From: Ginglymostoma cirratum
Lineage: Eukaryota
Assembly (NCBI GenBank): GCA_024137785.1
Contig: JAHRHZ010000095.1
Span: forward strand, 5,669,489-5,733,488
Length of the DNA stretch: 64,000 nucleotides
Direction: 5' to 3'
The first letter of the stretch is position 1; each line of letters starts with the position of its first letter. Positions 40,460 through 52,404 of this stretch are shown here, piece after piece. A program made the translations under genes and the position numbers. The notes beneath the pieces were generated by a model. That model saw nothing but the letters and a program-made list of their open reading frames with translations. It ran no database searches and had not been told where the DNA came from.

Positions 40460-41570
40460 CAATCTATGACTTAAATGAGGGGAATGAAGACATTGTAATT
40501 ATATTTGCAGATGACACAAAGATAGGTGGGAAAATAAAAACAGAAGGAAAGCAGAGTAAATATTTCAGGTCCAGCGACCCTTCTTTGAGTTCTGAGGAAG
40601 GATCACTGGATCCAAAATGTTAACTCTGCTTACTCTCCACAGACCTGCTTTCTGCATCAATGTCTGTTTTCGTTTCGGGATTCCAGCATCTGCAGTTCAT
40701 TTTTTAAAATAGGAACATATGTTGTGAAGACAACATAAGGAGATTCCAGGAGAACATAAATAGGTTGAGTGAGTGGGCAAAAATCTGGAAAATATCGAGT
40801 TGCCTTGACAGGAAGAATAACAAAAACATAATATATTATCAATGGAGAACGACTGCAGAATTCCAAGATGCTGGTGGATTTAGGTGTTTGTGTTCATGAG
40901 TTGCAAAAGTTAGTATATGGGTGCAGCAAATGATTAAGAAGGTAATAGGATATTTTCCTTTGCTAGAAGAGGAATTGAACATCAAAGTAAGGATGTTATG
41001 CTTCAGTTATTCAGGGCATTGATGGGAGTACATTTTGAATGTTCTGTGGTAATTTGGTCTCATTTAAGGAAGGAGGTAAATGCACTGGCAGTGGTTCAGA
41101 GGAGGTTTGCCAGATTGATACTTGAAATAAGCAGATTGTTTTGTGAGGATAGATTGGGCAGACTGCACTTGTTTCCTGTGTAGTTTAGGAGAGTGAGGGA
41201 TGCCTTGATTGACATTCATAAGATACAATATGGTCTTGGAGAATGTGGAAAGGATGTTTCCTCTTGTGGGCCAAAAACATGGAGGTTTAAAAGTTGTGGG
41301 CCACCCTTTTATAACAGAGATGAGAATTTTTTTCTCTCTCAGAGGGATGGGTGACTTTGGAACTCACTGCCTCAGAACACATGAGGGCGGAGTCATTGAA
41401 TTTTTTTAAGACACAGATGGATAGATTCTTGGTAGGTAGGTGAATCGAGGGTCATCACGGGGTAGGTAGAAATGTGGAATTTGAAACAAGAACGGATTAG
41501 CCACGATGGCACTGATGGAGGAGCAGGGCTGATAGGCAGGGCTGTCTACTCTACTCCAGTTTGATATGTT
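40460..41570 (+). mobile_element. CR1 LINE 3' fragment with a Penelope-derived inverted-repeat insert at ~40533-40705
   Basis: IYDLNEG...FADDTKIGG, then MLQLFRALMGVHFECSV..VQRRFARLI. Confidence 0.85.
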
Positions 41571-41966
41571 CATATAGAGTTGTACAGCATGGTAGGCTAT
41601 GGAGTTGGGTCACCCTGGGAGGATGTACTGGGGAGAATTCTCCCTCCAATTTGATTCAACAAGTTAACTGCCCTGTTTGCTTTCATTACAGAAGTAGTTG
41701 ATTTGAAGTGTAGCACTTGGGATGTCCCATCGACATAGCGGTCAATATGTAAATTTTTTTTATATCATTAACAGTAGATGCAGTGACAAATCCAGTAATC
41801 AATAAAGACCATTGAACAATATCAGCAAGAAATGCTTACTTCTGGATTTTTGAAAGTTCTGAGTTTAGCCTACTAAATGGAATTATTTTTCCGACAGCTC
41901 TTTATTTTTCAATGAATCAATTGGATTTATCAGCATGGTTTATTTGAATCAATTAAAGTTGTAATG

Positions 41967-42318
41967 TGTGGCATGGTGTCTCAGCGGTTAGCACTGCTGC
42001 CTCACAGCGCCTAGGACCTGGGTTCGATTCCACACTTGAGCAACTATCTGTATGGAGTTTGCACATTCTCCCTGTGTCTGTGTGGGTTTCCTCTGGGTGC
42101 TCTGGTTTCCTCCCACAGTCCAAAGATGTGCAGGTTAGGCGGATTGGCCATGCTAAATTGCCCCTTGTGTGCAGGGGTGTGTAGGCTGTGTGGGTTAGCC
42201 ATGGGAAGTGCAGGGTTATAGGATGGGGGTGTTGGTCCGGTGGGATACTTTTCAGAGGGTCGGTGTGGATACAATGGGCCAAACAGCCTGCTTCCACACT
42301 GCGGGGATTCTGTCATTC
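41967..42318 (+). mobile_element. HE1-like V-SINE
   Basis: Full head, V-domain and tail. Confidence 0.9.
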
Positions 42319-43100
42319 TATTTGACATATTTTCAGGGAATTTTCTCAGTAATACTCCCAAATGAATCTGTCATTTTTACTGAAGTCCCAGAGAAAAGGA
42401 GTGAACAGGATTACTTTCAGTCTTCTGCTCATGATTAAAAGTCTGGATGACTTTTCTAGCAAGTTCTTTTCAATTGAGACTCTTTTTGAGATGTGACACT
42501 TTAAGTGAGTTGCTTTAAGTGTTTGTAGTGTTAGGCAAATGCAAGACTTTAAATGAGATGATGAAGAATTTTCCTCAATGATAAATGTTTGGAAGAACAC
42601 AATGGTGGTGATTGGAGGTGTGTAGGGGGGTTTCGGTTGGTGGATTCTCCCCACAGGATGGCCTGCAGCAGTTCCTGCATCTCGCCAGGCTCAGAGAGCT
42701 ACTCTGGAGCACCAGGCCTCCCAGTCTGGCCTTCAGCGCTCCTAAAGATTATCTGGAAAATCGCAGTCCACCCCTTTAATTAACTTGAAGTGGTCCTTGG
42801 TGAGCCATCTCAGCTACCCAGTGCCCTCATTCTGCCTGTGTGGAATTGGCCTGGGGTCTTACTGGAGTCAGGAAACTAGCTGATTAGGATGCTGTTAGAC
42901 CTAGCACAACCCAGCCTGGGGCTCAAAATCGAGCTATTTCTCTTCAATTTCAATCTTCAGTCGGACTAGCAATATTATGATCCCTAAGCTGTATATCTGC
43001 ACTGGATCAAGAGAGCTGCACACTGACGATAATTTGTACTCCTCTCCCACTGGTTTGTATCTGCCTCTTCACTGCATCTCTCAATTATTCACGAAACCAG

Positions 43101-43260
43101 GAACCTCAACGAACTACGCTCTTTGCTGTTGGAGACCAATCGTCACTCCAGCGGTGGGGAAAAGGACCTCAGCCGTGAAGTTCACAAAGCTGAGTGGAGA
43201 ATGAAGGAACAGAAACTACAGGAAGACATCAAAGTTCTCCGAGAGAAACTATATGGTCTG
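43101..43260 (+). CDS. CLIP2: CLIP2 coding exon
   Basis: Acceptor aaccag; (R)NLNELRSLLLETNRHSSGGEKDLSREVHKAEWRMKEQKLQEDIKVLREKLYGL, CLIP2-specific DLSREVHKAEWR; donor CTG|gtaagt; 160 nt, phase 2->0. Confidence 0.95.
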
Positions 43261-44161
43261 GTAAGTAAAGAGCAGCTCCTTTAGCCGATGAATATTTTGT
43301 GCAATTTGACAGCAGCATCAGTCAACAGAGCGATTGGTTCAGTTTACCTAAATATCGAAGACATTACTCGAAGTTGGTTATTTTTGACACAAATATCCAG
43401 ATTAACTTTTCCTCAGTTTCTGGAAAGTAGGGCACAGTTATTCATGTTTAGATCGAAGCCAATCAGCAAGAGAGAAGCTGAAACCATTTTCTTCGTGGAT
43501 AGTTTATTCACGACTCAGTCTCACAGCTCCTTCCAGACGTCAGTCCCATCTGCTCCCCCTCGGCAAGGACCCAGTTAATCATTGATTTTTGACTTCCATT
43601 TTGACTTTGTTGGGAATTGTCAATGATATGGCTGCAGAGTTGCCTGAAACGTTAAGTTCATGTTGTATCAAATCAGATGGCTGCTGTCATGCAAGGACAG
43701 ACCTATAGACTGAAGGTTAATATGTCCTCTTTATGGTTTATACAGACTGTATGTTATTGAACAGTTAAAAATGGGAATGCCACCTACAGTTTGTTGAATG
43801 TATAATTACTGATTATTTCAAACAACGTTTGTGCACATTGATGGACAGCGCTGTGGATGAAAAACTTTTCCAGTTTGTGCTCGTGACTGGAGTCTTGTGC
43901 AGGTGATGGACCTAGGGCTCTTGGCTGGAGATCCCACCGGGAACCCTTGGTGCCTAACTCAGGGAAAGCCTGGTTCCACTTTAGTATTTCACAGGCCCGG
44001 CATCAAAGAGTCCAGGGTCAGAAGTCCCACCCAATCAGAGGCCAGCAGCTGAACTGAATCAGCAGCCCCACTGGGAGATATATTGGGAGTAGCCACTAAC
44101 ACCCACCTGATGCTGAGGATCATTGCTGGATCCCAGGCCACAGGAGAGCGACAGTGAATAG

Positions 44162-44247
44162 GGTGTAGGCCCGAAACGTCAAGCTTTCCTGCTCCTATGA
44201 TGCTGCTTGGCCTGCTGTGTTCATCCAGCTCCACACCTTGTTATCTC
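44162..44247 (+). mobile_element. 86-bp 5'-truncated Penelope-type terminus with 8-bp TSD
   Basis: Flanked by gtgaatag (44154-44161 and 44248-44255); matches 52813-52897. Confidence 0.78.
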
Positions 44248-45870
44248 GTGAATAGTCAGTTGTTGTGGGGTGAGCGATTGACAGAAAGAGACAGGAGAGT
44301 GGTTCTCAGAAGGCACTTTCCTTCTAATGCCAGGTCCCTTAAGGGGACACAGGATACTTTTGAATGAGGGATCCGAATCTCCTCAGTCTGCTCCATCCCT
44401 GACCAAATCCATCAGGCTCCGTGCACCAGTCTGTTTGACAGCTTTTCACCTGCCACTCGATCAATGGGGGCATTTAGACTCCACTGGCCTCCGTGTTTTG
44501 GACTTAATCGGGATGGGAACCACTATCCACCCTCATTAAATACCCCTACCCCACCAAAACACCAAACTCACTGCAGGGGAAGACACAAGATTCTGTCCTT
44601 TCTATCCGCATTGAGCATTTCCAGGTATATACACATACTGAGGCGGGGATTCTTTCTAATTTATTAAACTGAATAAGTTGGGCTACATAATGTAGGACAT
44701 TAAAGGTTATTGGTGCTACAAAATCAACGCTATATGTTGTTCTTGACAATGAATCGGGAAAAAATATTATTGTGTTGTGTTACTGTCCAGATCAGCTTCA
44801 TATCAGAGAGAGACAAAGAGAAACAGAGGACAGCCCATGGTTCCAAGGTATATTTAAATGATGCAATCAGGTTAATTCTGGAATCTAGAGCTAATTAAAG
44901 GATCACCGTAGAATGCTTTAATTAACTCAGTGTTCCATAATCATAAATCCTGCCCGATATTCACTTTGTGCATCAGGAATATTCCTTAAAGAGGCTGAAG
45001 ATTTTGAGCTGAAGCACTTCATTTTTGTTTTGCTTTTTCATGTTTTACCTCATTGGCTGCAAAGTGCTTTGGGGTGTCCCAAGATTGTGAAAGACCCTAC
45101 ATCGGTGCAAGTGTGTCCATTCTCCAGGGACAGAAACTTTGATTTTGTTTTAAAATCAGCACTTTGTTCTGCTTTTTTGCTCGTTAACCTTTTCTTTCAA
45201 CAAAGTTTCGCAGTGCAAATGCTTCTGATAAAAAGTGACTGCTGTCCTCCATTGGGTTTTGCTCCACCCTGTATTGACAGGATCAGGTGTTCCAAGTTAT
45301 AACTCAGAGACACATTTAAACCGACCAGACCCAGAATTCTGTTATCCGCGTTAGTCACATTCCAGTCTAAATTGAACAGTGGTGGAGTAATGTCCAATTC
45401 ATCCCAATGGAAGCAGACTCCACCTTTGCTGCGAGGATATGTAATCATTATAGAGTGGCTGCATCCTTGCTGAGCATTATGGGTAGGTTCTGCCTCCATC
45501 GGTACAGGAATGACTTCCTTTCTCCTGTTCCGTCTGAGATAATGGGAGAAAGGCAGATCAAGTGAGAAATCAGAGTTGGAGAAGTGATGAAAGGGGAAGC
45601 AAAGTGAAAACCTCACAGGTGGACGATGGCTCCCAGCACTCAGTGAAGCTGCCATTACAGTTCACTGAAATCATTATGATATGCTGCTTTTCAGTTCAGC
45701 GTTTGACATCTGTGTACTAAAGTAGCTGAAATGAAATAGATTGCTTCTGTTTTAAATGTTTGTCTGATTGTTCATTCTTTCTCTCCCTCTCACTTTCTCT
45801 CTGTATCTCTGTTTCTCTGTCTCTCTCTCTCTCTCTCTCTTTCTCTTTCTCTTTCTCTTTCTCTGTCTAG

Positions 45871-46041
45871 GGTACTGAAAAGTACAAGCCCGACCAAAAG
45901 CGGCGCCCATCCTCTCTACAGGACACAGAAACCGACACGGAGATTTGCAAACTGCAGCAAAGGCTGGTTAACACTGAGGAGGCCCTGCGGAGTGCACTGG
46001 AGCAGAACCAGCAAATGGAGAGGCTGATGGAAGCCATGCAG
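45871..46041 (+). CDS. CLIP2: CLIP2 coding exon, probable GC donor
   Basis: Long CT tract, acceptor gtctag; GTEKYKPDQKRRPSSLQDTETDTEICKLQQRLVNTEEALRSALEQNQQMERLMEAMQ; 3' end inferred at CAG|gcaaga (phase 0). Confidence 0.85.
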
Positions 46042-47588
46042 GCAAGATCCCAGTTCCTGATTAAACCTCTCCATCTCTCTCTGCATTACCCCCACCTCGC
46101 TCCTTCAAATCTACCTGCTTGATTAAACACTTTTCTCATGGTAATACTGATTGTCTGCCCAGATTCCTGCTGCTAGCTGCTGATGCCGTCTCTGTTGAAT
46201 ATTGTAAAATGTCTTCAGTGTAAGAGAGATTAGCTGAAATCTCCCAGTTCCTGGGTATTTGGAGACCGAACAGGATCTGTATAGGGGTTTCTGGGTTGTC
46301 CCGATGCAGGGACTCAGCAGGAATTCTCTGGGAATTTAAAGTGGAATTACTCAGCGTCTGAAAAATCTTCTGCAAAACTCCCTGATTCTGATTCTGTGTT
46401 GGAGACTTTAGGGGTGACTGATTAACTTCTTCGACAAGAAATGTGAAATGGATTAAAAAAAAGTTTGATCTCCCAGGCAACTATGTAACTGACCTACACC
46501 GCGCCCCCTCCCCCACTCCACCCTCTCCCAGCTACATTCCTGATGTACAACCTCTGACCCCTGACAATCCCTGCACAGCATTGACTGCCCAATGACAGCC
46601 AGACCCCCTAATGCCCCTTCCCAAACCCTGACTACATCCCCTAAGCTCCCATCCTCCAGCTCCACCCTTTGAATTCCCATTGGATCATCCCGATTACAGC
46701 ACTCTGATTGGACACAAGTCCCCCACCCCCCTCCCAGCCCCTCACTATCTTACACCAACCCAATGTGCCCTCTTACTCCTTCATCTGCCCTCTTACCCCC
46801 TCACTGAACCCCTACCCCCTCACCCATTCTCCTGTACTCTGACCCACCCCCTGCCCCTCACCCATCCTCCTGTCCTCTCACCCAACTCCTACCCCCTCAA
46901 CCATCCTCCTGTCCTCTCCCCTAACCCCCACCCTCTCACTCATCCTCCTGTCCTCTCACCCACCCCCCACCCCGTCACCCACTCCCTATTCCCTCACCCA
47001 CCCTCCTACACTCTCACCCACACCCCTGTCCCTCACCCACCCCTACCACCTTGCCACCTCATCCATTTACCTCATAAACTTACTTTTCCTTGGTAGCTCC
47101 TCACGGAGGCTTTGGGACATTTAAGTTATTAATTAGTGGAATATAAGGCAGTGAGAGGCATCTCTAAAAAGCCTGACAGAGAGTCCCTCTGCTGTTGCCT
47201 GAGGAGAGCTGTGCTTCCTGAGCCTGGAGGAGAAGGATGGGCCCAAAAAACTGTGAGTAAGTCACTCTGGAACTTTGTTTGATCTGGATTGGAAGTGGGA
47301 ATTATGAGCTGGATCAGGAGTTTTGAGCTTATGGAACTGGTTTTCCTGGACATGTGGAAATATGAAGATGGTAGGTCAGAATTAAGTATAACATTGCTCC
47401 CGTTACAGTGATCATTGGTCATTCTTTAAACCAGTCACGTACCTTATTTTCTCAAAAAAAAAGCTGCTGACGTTGCAGTATTTTTTAAAATGACACTACA
47501 TTTGATGTGTGCATTCTTCTGGAGTGGAATAGATGTTCCTGATGGCAGTTCTGATTAAGCTGCCCTGTTGTTGTTCTCTGTTTATCAG

Positions 47589-47675
47589 ACTCTTGATAGC
47601 GCAGGCTCTGCAAATGGAGTCCATCAGCGAGGCCAGCTTGAGGCAATGACGGACAGCAGATGCTTCAAACAAGAG
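47589..47675 (+). CDS. CLIP2: CLIP2 coding exon
   Basis: Acceptor tttatcag; TLDSAGSANGVHQRGQLEAMTDSRCFKQE (mammalian TIGNSGSANGIHQ...KQE as recalled); donor GAG|gtgagc; 87 nt, phase 0->0. Confidence 0.9.
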
Positions 47676-47857
47676 GTGAGCAACAGGGTCAGCATTTTAA
47701 CACATTCAAATAAAAACATCTTCACAAGCTGCTTTTTTTCGAAAAGTGAACACAGTGTCATTAAATTGACAACTCCAAAACACAGAACGTGGGACGATAA
47801 AAGACCATTCTGCCTGAAAGGCCTACTCCATGTACAGGCAGTATTACTCACGTGCTT

Positions 47858-48212
47858 TATTCATTCATAGGGTGAGGGTGTCTCTGACCAGGCAGCATTT
47901 ATTGCCCATCCCTAATTGCCCAGAGGGTAGTTAAGAGTTAACCATATTACTGTGGGTCTGGAGTCACATGTAGGCCAGACCAGGTAAGGATGGCAGTTTC
48001 CTTCCCTGAAGGGCATTAGTGAACTAGATGGGTTCCCCCCCTCCCCTGCCAACAATCGACAATGGATTCACAGTCATCACAGCTTCTTAATTCCAGATAT
48101 TTATTGAACTCGGCTTCCACCATCTGTCATGGTGGGATTTGAATCCAGGTCCCCAGAACGTTACCTGGGTCTCTGGATTAACAGTGCAGCGATATTACCA
48201 CTAGGCCATTGC
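47858..48212 (-). mobile_element. Second-family SINE
   Basis: Reverse complement of 26801-27157. Confidence 0.82.
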
Positions 48213-49407
48213 CACTGCACTGAAACAAGCCCAATCCCAAACTCCTGAAAGTTTCTGACAATCAGTGGGAGTGGGGTTGGTGGATAGGGTCAGGGTGATA
48301 TAAGTGTCCATTAGAAACTAGCCGCCACACCACCCCCCAAACCACACACCCACAGCCACACTCACTATCCCCATCCACCCCATGGGCTACTGACAGTATC
48401 ACTTGGCGTCAGAGCAGCCTCCAGCTCACTCAGAGAGAAGCCATGCTCCCAGACACCAGGCAGGAGATTGGGGGAGATTTGTGGTGTAGTGGTATTGTCA
48501 TTGGACAAGTAATCCAGAGGCCCAGCTTAACGCAGTGGGGACACATGTTCAAATCCCTCTACGGCAGATGGTGGAGATTTGAATTCAACCAATATCACCT
48601 GAAATTGAAAACTAGTCTTGACAGTGACCTTGTCGATGGTCATAAAAATAACCATCCACTACACTAATGTCTCTTAAGGAAGGAAATCTGCAATAGGGTT
48701 AGGGTTGAGGTTTGGCCTATGTGTGACTCCAGAACCAAAGCAGTGTGGTTGACTCCCAGCTGCCCTCTGCAATAGCCGTATTGCAGAGGATGCTACTGGG
48801 GTTGGAGGATCAGGTTGATGAGCTGTTTGCAGGAGCGTGCACTCTCTCTGATTCCTTGACTTGGCCTCCATGTGTTCAAAGTTCTTCACGTGAATAAACC
48901 TTGTTTGTTTTGGTTGGTCACATGCCAGAGGGGATCCCTGTGAGTCGGGGAGGGGGCTCAAAGAATCATAGAACCCCTGCTGTGTAGAAGCAGACCATTC
49001 GGCCCATTGAGTCCACATTGGTCATGAACTGAGGCCACAACATTGGCAAAGTGTTCCCACTGCTCACCTGGGAGTCTCTGTCATGACTGAATTCTGACTT
49101 GAACATGGAGGAGCCACAATAGAGGAATGCATAAGGGTGACCGGTTGGTTTTTGAATGCAGACGTGGTCTGTGATGTTGATTTTGTGGTTGTTTATATGT
49201 TTGCGTTGTAGCCACGGTGATGTTGTTATTGGTCAGTGACAGTGTTAGTTAGCTGTGCGAATGTGGCTGAGAGAGGCATTGGGATTGTGTTCATGGGCAG
49301 CACAGTCAGACGAATTCTCTGCAGAAAGTGAAGGGCTGACATATCTGCTGCCTTCCGGTTCCTCAGACTTTGTAGCTAGTGCTGACTGTTGGTCCGTCCC
49401 GCCTCAG

Positions 49408-49535
49408 GATGACGCCGAGGTGGAACGTACAGCAGACCACCACCAATCCTCACAGCTTCACTCTGCCACAGGGCTCCTTCAGATTGGTGTTGGTGGAACC
49501 GTCATTCCATCATGTCTGCTCTTCCCTTTTGTGAG
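49408..49535 (+). CDS. Candidate extra (lineage-specific or alternative) CLIP2 exon 1
   Basis: ctgac branch-like site and cccgcctcag acceptor; open DDAEVERTADHHQSSQLHSATGLLQIGVGGTVIPSCLLFPFV(R); donor AG|gtagca (phase 2) or TTT|gtgagg (phase 0). No recognised homology. Confidence 0.35.
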
Positions 49536-49554
49536 GTAGCAAGGTTACTGATAG

Positions 49555-50165
49555 TGTGACGATGCTGTGGCTGTAAAGAGGTGTGTTTTGTCCTGGTTTC
49601 TTTTAAGAGAGACATTGAACAAGAGGAGCTGAGCAGGCTATGGTAACATCAACAGCTTGTGAGGCCTTGGGTGTTTTTTAAAAGTTAGAACAACAGAAGC
49701 AGCCTGGATGGGTGTGGCCAGCTCTCACAGGACCAGGATTTCCAGGGTTTTTTTTCTCAGTTATTAGCAGCAGAAGCTGCTGAAGTTTTGAGAAGTGGAA
49801 GCTATCTTTTCCTTCTCTCAGTTACAGCTAGTCTCTGGGGTTTCTCTCTGCTGCTGACTTACCTGTGAGACAAATCTACTTTTCTCAATCTGCCTTTTTT
49901 GCCGAGGGGTGTGTTTGTGGGATGTTATTATATTGGAACAGTTAATTAATAATAATCACTGTATCTGTTACTCTGTTAAGTTTTCCAGTAGAGTTAAGTT
50001 ATTCTAAGTTATCCTTTCTTTTGCTGTATTTTAAATACAGCGTTGAAATAAATTGTGTTTTGCTTAACGTCAAATAGTTTGTCAATTGAATTGTGTCTGG
50101 GACATAGCACGTTACATTTACCTTCCATCTTCTTAAAATATTTTGAGGGGATCTGGACCATAACA
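49555..50165 (+). mobile_element. Solo LTR-like element (~610 bp)
   Basis: TGTGAC...TAACA termini, internal AATAAA, flanks atag/atat. Confidence 0.6.
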
Positions 50166-50413
50166 ATATGTAAACTGGTCCTGCTCATCAAAGGTTCAAG
50201 AATGGGACAGCACGGGGTTCAAGTGATTGTCAAAAGCAGTAAATGTGATGTGAGAGAAAAAGCGAATAGTTAGGATCAGGAATGTAGTTCCTGGAAATGT
50301 GGTGAATGCAGGTTTAGTTGGGGCATTTGAGAGGGCACAGGATGATCATTTAACTAGAAACAATGAGCAGGGGTTATGAGGAAAAGGCAGGAGAGTTGCA
50401 GTAAGTTGTGATG

Positions 50414-50589
50414 AAGGGAAAAAACAGAGAGTTAATGTTTGGGATCCAGTGACCCTTCCTCAGAACACCAGACCCGAAACGTTCGCTCTGTTTTTTTCCT
50501 TCATAGATGTTGCCGGACCTGCTGAGCTTTTCCAGCAACTCTGCATTTACTCCGGATTTACAGCATCTGCAGGTCTTTCGGTTTTTACC
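50414..50589. mobile_element. Penelope-derived palindromic insert with 11-bp TSD, inside a CR1 3' tail
   Basis: aagttgtgatg at 50403-50413 and 50590-50600. Confidence 0.75.
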
Positions 50590-51579
50590 AAGTTGTGATG
50601 CTTGTTTTGAGAGCCAAATTTTTGAGACATTTTTGAGCCGAATGGCCTCCTCCTGTGCTATCACACTTTGGTGATTCGGTGACTCTCTGCAGGTGGTTTG
50701 CACAGCGGCCTCATTCAGCCATGTGGTCAGCGCGTGGCTCTTGTCACAACCTCATCACCCTTTTCTACCCGATTATCCAAGTGTAACTGCACCACAACTA
50801 CTGCCAAGATACCAGACATGATTCGCAGTGTCTGGTCGCACACCAGCTGGATGTTAAAGGACGTGCCACCCCTTTCAGCTGCAGCATATGGCACCATTGG
50901 CAAGCACCATCCACAAACACAGCGGGTATATGGTCACTGGCAGGCGACACGATGGGGAAGGCTGCAATCCTAGTGAAGTGACATACTCAGTCTCTCTGGA
51001 GATGGGGAATGAAATGTAGTAATGTCTCAATTCATAAAATCTGGCAGTGACATCCCACACAGCAGCAGCGGATGGTGAACTGTGTGGTGACTAAAATAAT
51101 GAGGCAAGGTGATCTCCAGAGTTATAGCTACTGACAGTATAGTCCTGCCTTGAGTTTGTGGCAAATTTCTGTGAGGACATCCTTGTGTCTCACATTATTC
51201 CTCAGTCAAGCTCAGGGAAGTGGATTTGCTCCTTGAATAACACCCTGAGTGACTGTGGCCTCCTCCTTTGAACCTGTTTCCCCTCCTCCCTCCCTCCTCC
51301 TTTGAGCAGCTTCTCCTGTTCTGTGTCACCTCTGTTTATCCTTCCAAGTCGTACTTTAATTTGAGGGGCAGTCCAGTTGTACACCCATGACTGCAAACAA
51401 CTGGGGGTTGATCAGAAACCCTGAGGCCAGGGCAGAGTTTCAGTGTCTGCCACATCCATCCCTACAGAGTTATACAACTTGAAATAGCGATAGAAAACTC
51501 TAACCACATGTAGAATTGTGGCAACAAGCAGAAGGCAGAAGTTGCCCACTCAGATAAGGCAAATTGAATTATAACATGT

Positions 51580-52310
51580 CTGGCAGCATCTGTGGAGAGA
51601 AATCAGACTTAATGTTTCGGGTCCAATGATCCTTCCTCAGAACTCTCAGTATTCAGGGAAAAGTTATTTTTTATGCAGCAGATAGGGTGGGGGAAGGGGC
51701 TAAGGAGTAAATGATAGGTGGGCATAGACTCCAAAGAGAGAGAAGAGCAGTTGGACAGACAAAGGAGTAGGTAATGGTCAGCCCAGGAGAATGAATAGCT
51801 ACTAATGGGGCCAATTAGTGGCTAATGGTGCGTAGACTGGGTGACTGCTTCCCATAACACCTATGTTCCGCTCGCAAAAAAGATCCTGAGCTTCCAGTTG
51901 TCTGCCACTTTAACACACCACCCTGTTCCCTCGCCAACATCTCTGTCTCTGGCTTGCTGCAGTGCTCCAGCAAAGCTCAGCGCAAGCTGGAAGAACAATG
52001 CCTCATTTTCCACTTGGGAGCCCTACAGCTTCTGGACTCAATATCGAGTTCAACAGTTGTAGGGCTTGAGGCACCTTCCCCCATGTCCTTACCCCAACCC
52101 CTACAAACCAAGCCTGCTATTACACACAACCCATTGTTAGCCACTAACGGTCCCCATTAATAGCTATTCACCCTCACGGCCTGATCGTTAACCATTCCTT
52201 TGTCTGTCCAACTGCTCTTCTCTCTCTTTGGGCTCTATCCCCACCTATCGTTTACTCCTTACCCTCTCTCCCACCCTACCTTCAGCATTAAAAACAACCT
52301 TTTCCCAGCT
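51580..52310 (+). mobile_element. Penelope-like element 3' end (GIY-YIG C-terminus) with inverted pLTR
   Basis: Degenerate RRLGD...KKDPELPVVCHFNT...GLLQCSSKAQRKLEEQCLIFHLG at ~51831-52055; 51650-51830 is the reverse complement of 52130-52310. Confidence 0.82.
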
Positions 52311-52376
52311 AAGGTAACAAGGTGTGGAGCTGGATGAACACTGCAGGCCAGGCAGCGTCAGAAGAGCAGGAAAGCT

Positions 52377-52404
52377 GACGTTTCGGGTCTGGACCCTTCT
52401 TCAG
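52377..52404 (-). ncRNA. Minimal type I hammerhead ribozyme core (Penelope-associated)
   Basis: - strand CUGAAGA-A-GGGU(CCAG)ACCC-GAAA-C-GUC; the stem I 5' arm falls in the gap. Confidence 0.6.

Noticed and set aside
41967-42040. tRNA genes at SINE heads (A/B boxes)
   Set aside because: Each continues into V-domain and LINE-tail sequence; these are SINE promoters, not tRNAs
50693-50830. Possible exon after ctctctgcag
   Set aside because: The acceptor abuts a CR1 tail, phase-0 reading hits a stop, and there is no convincing donor or homology
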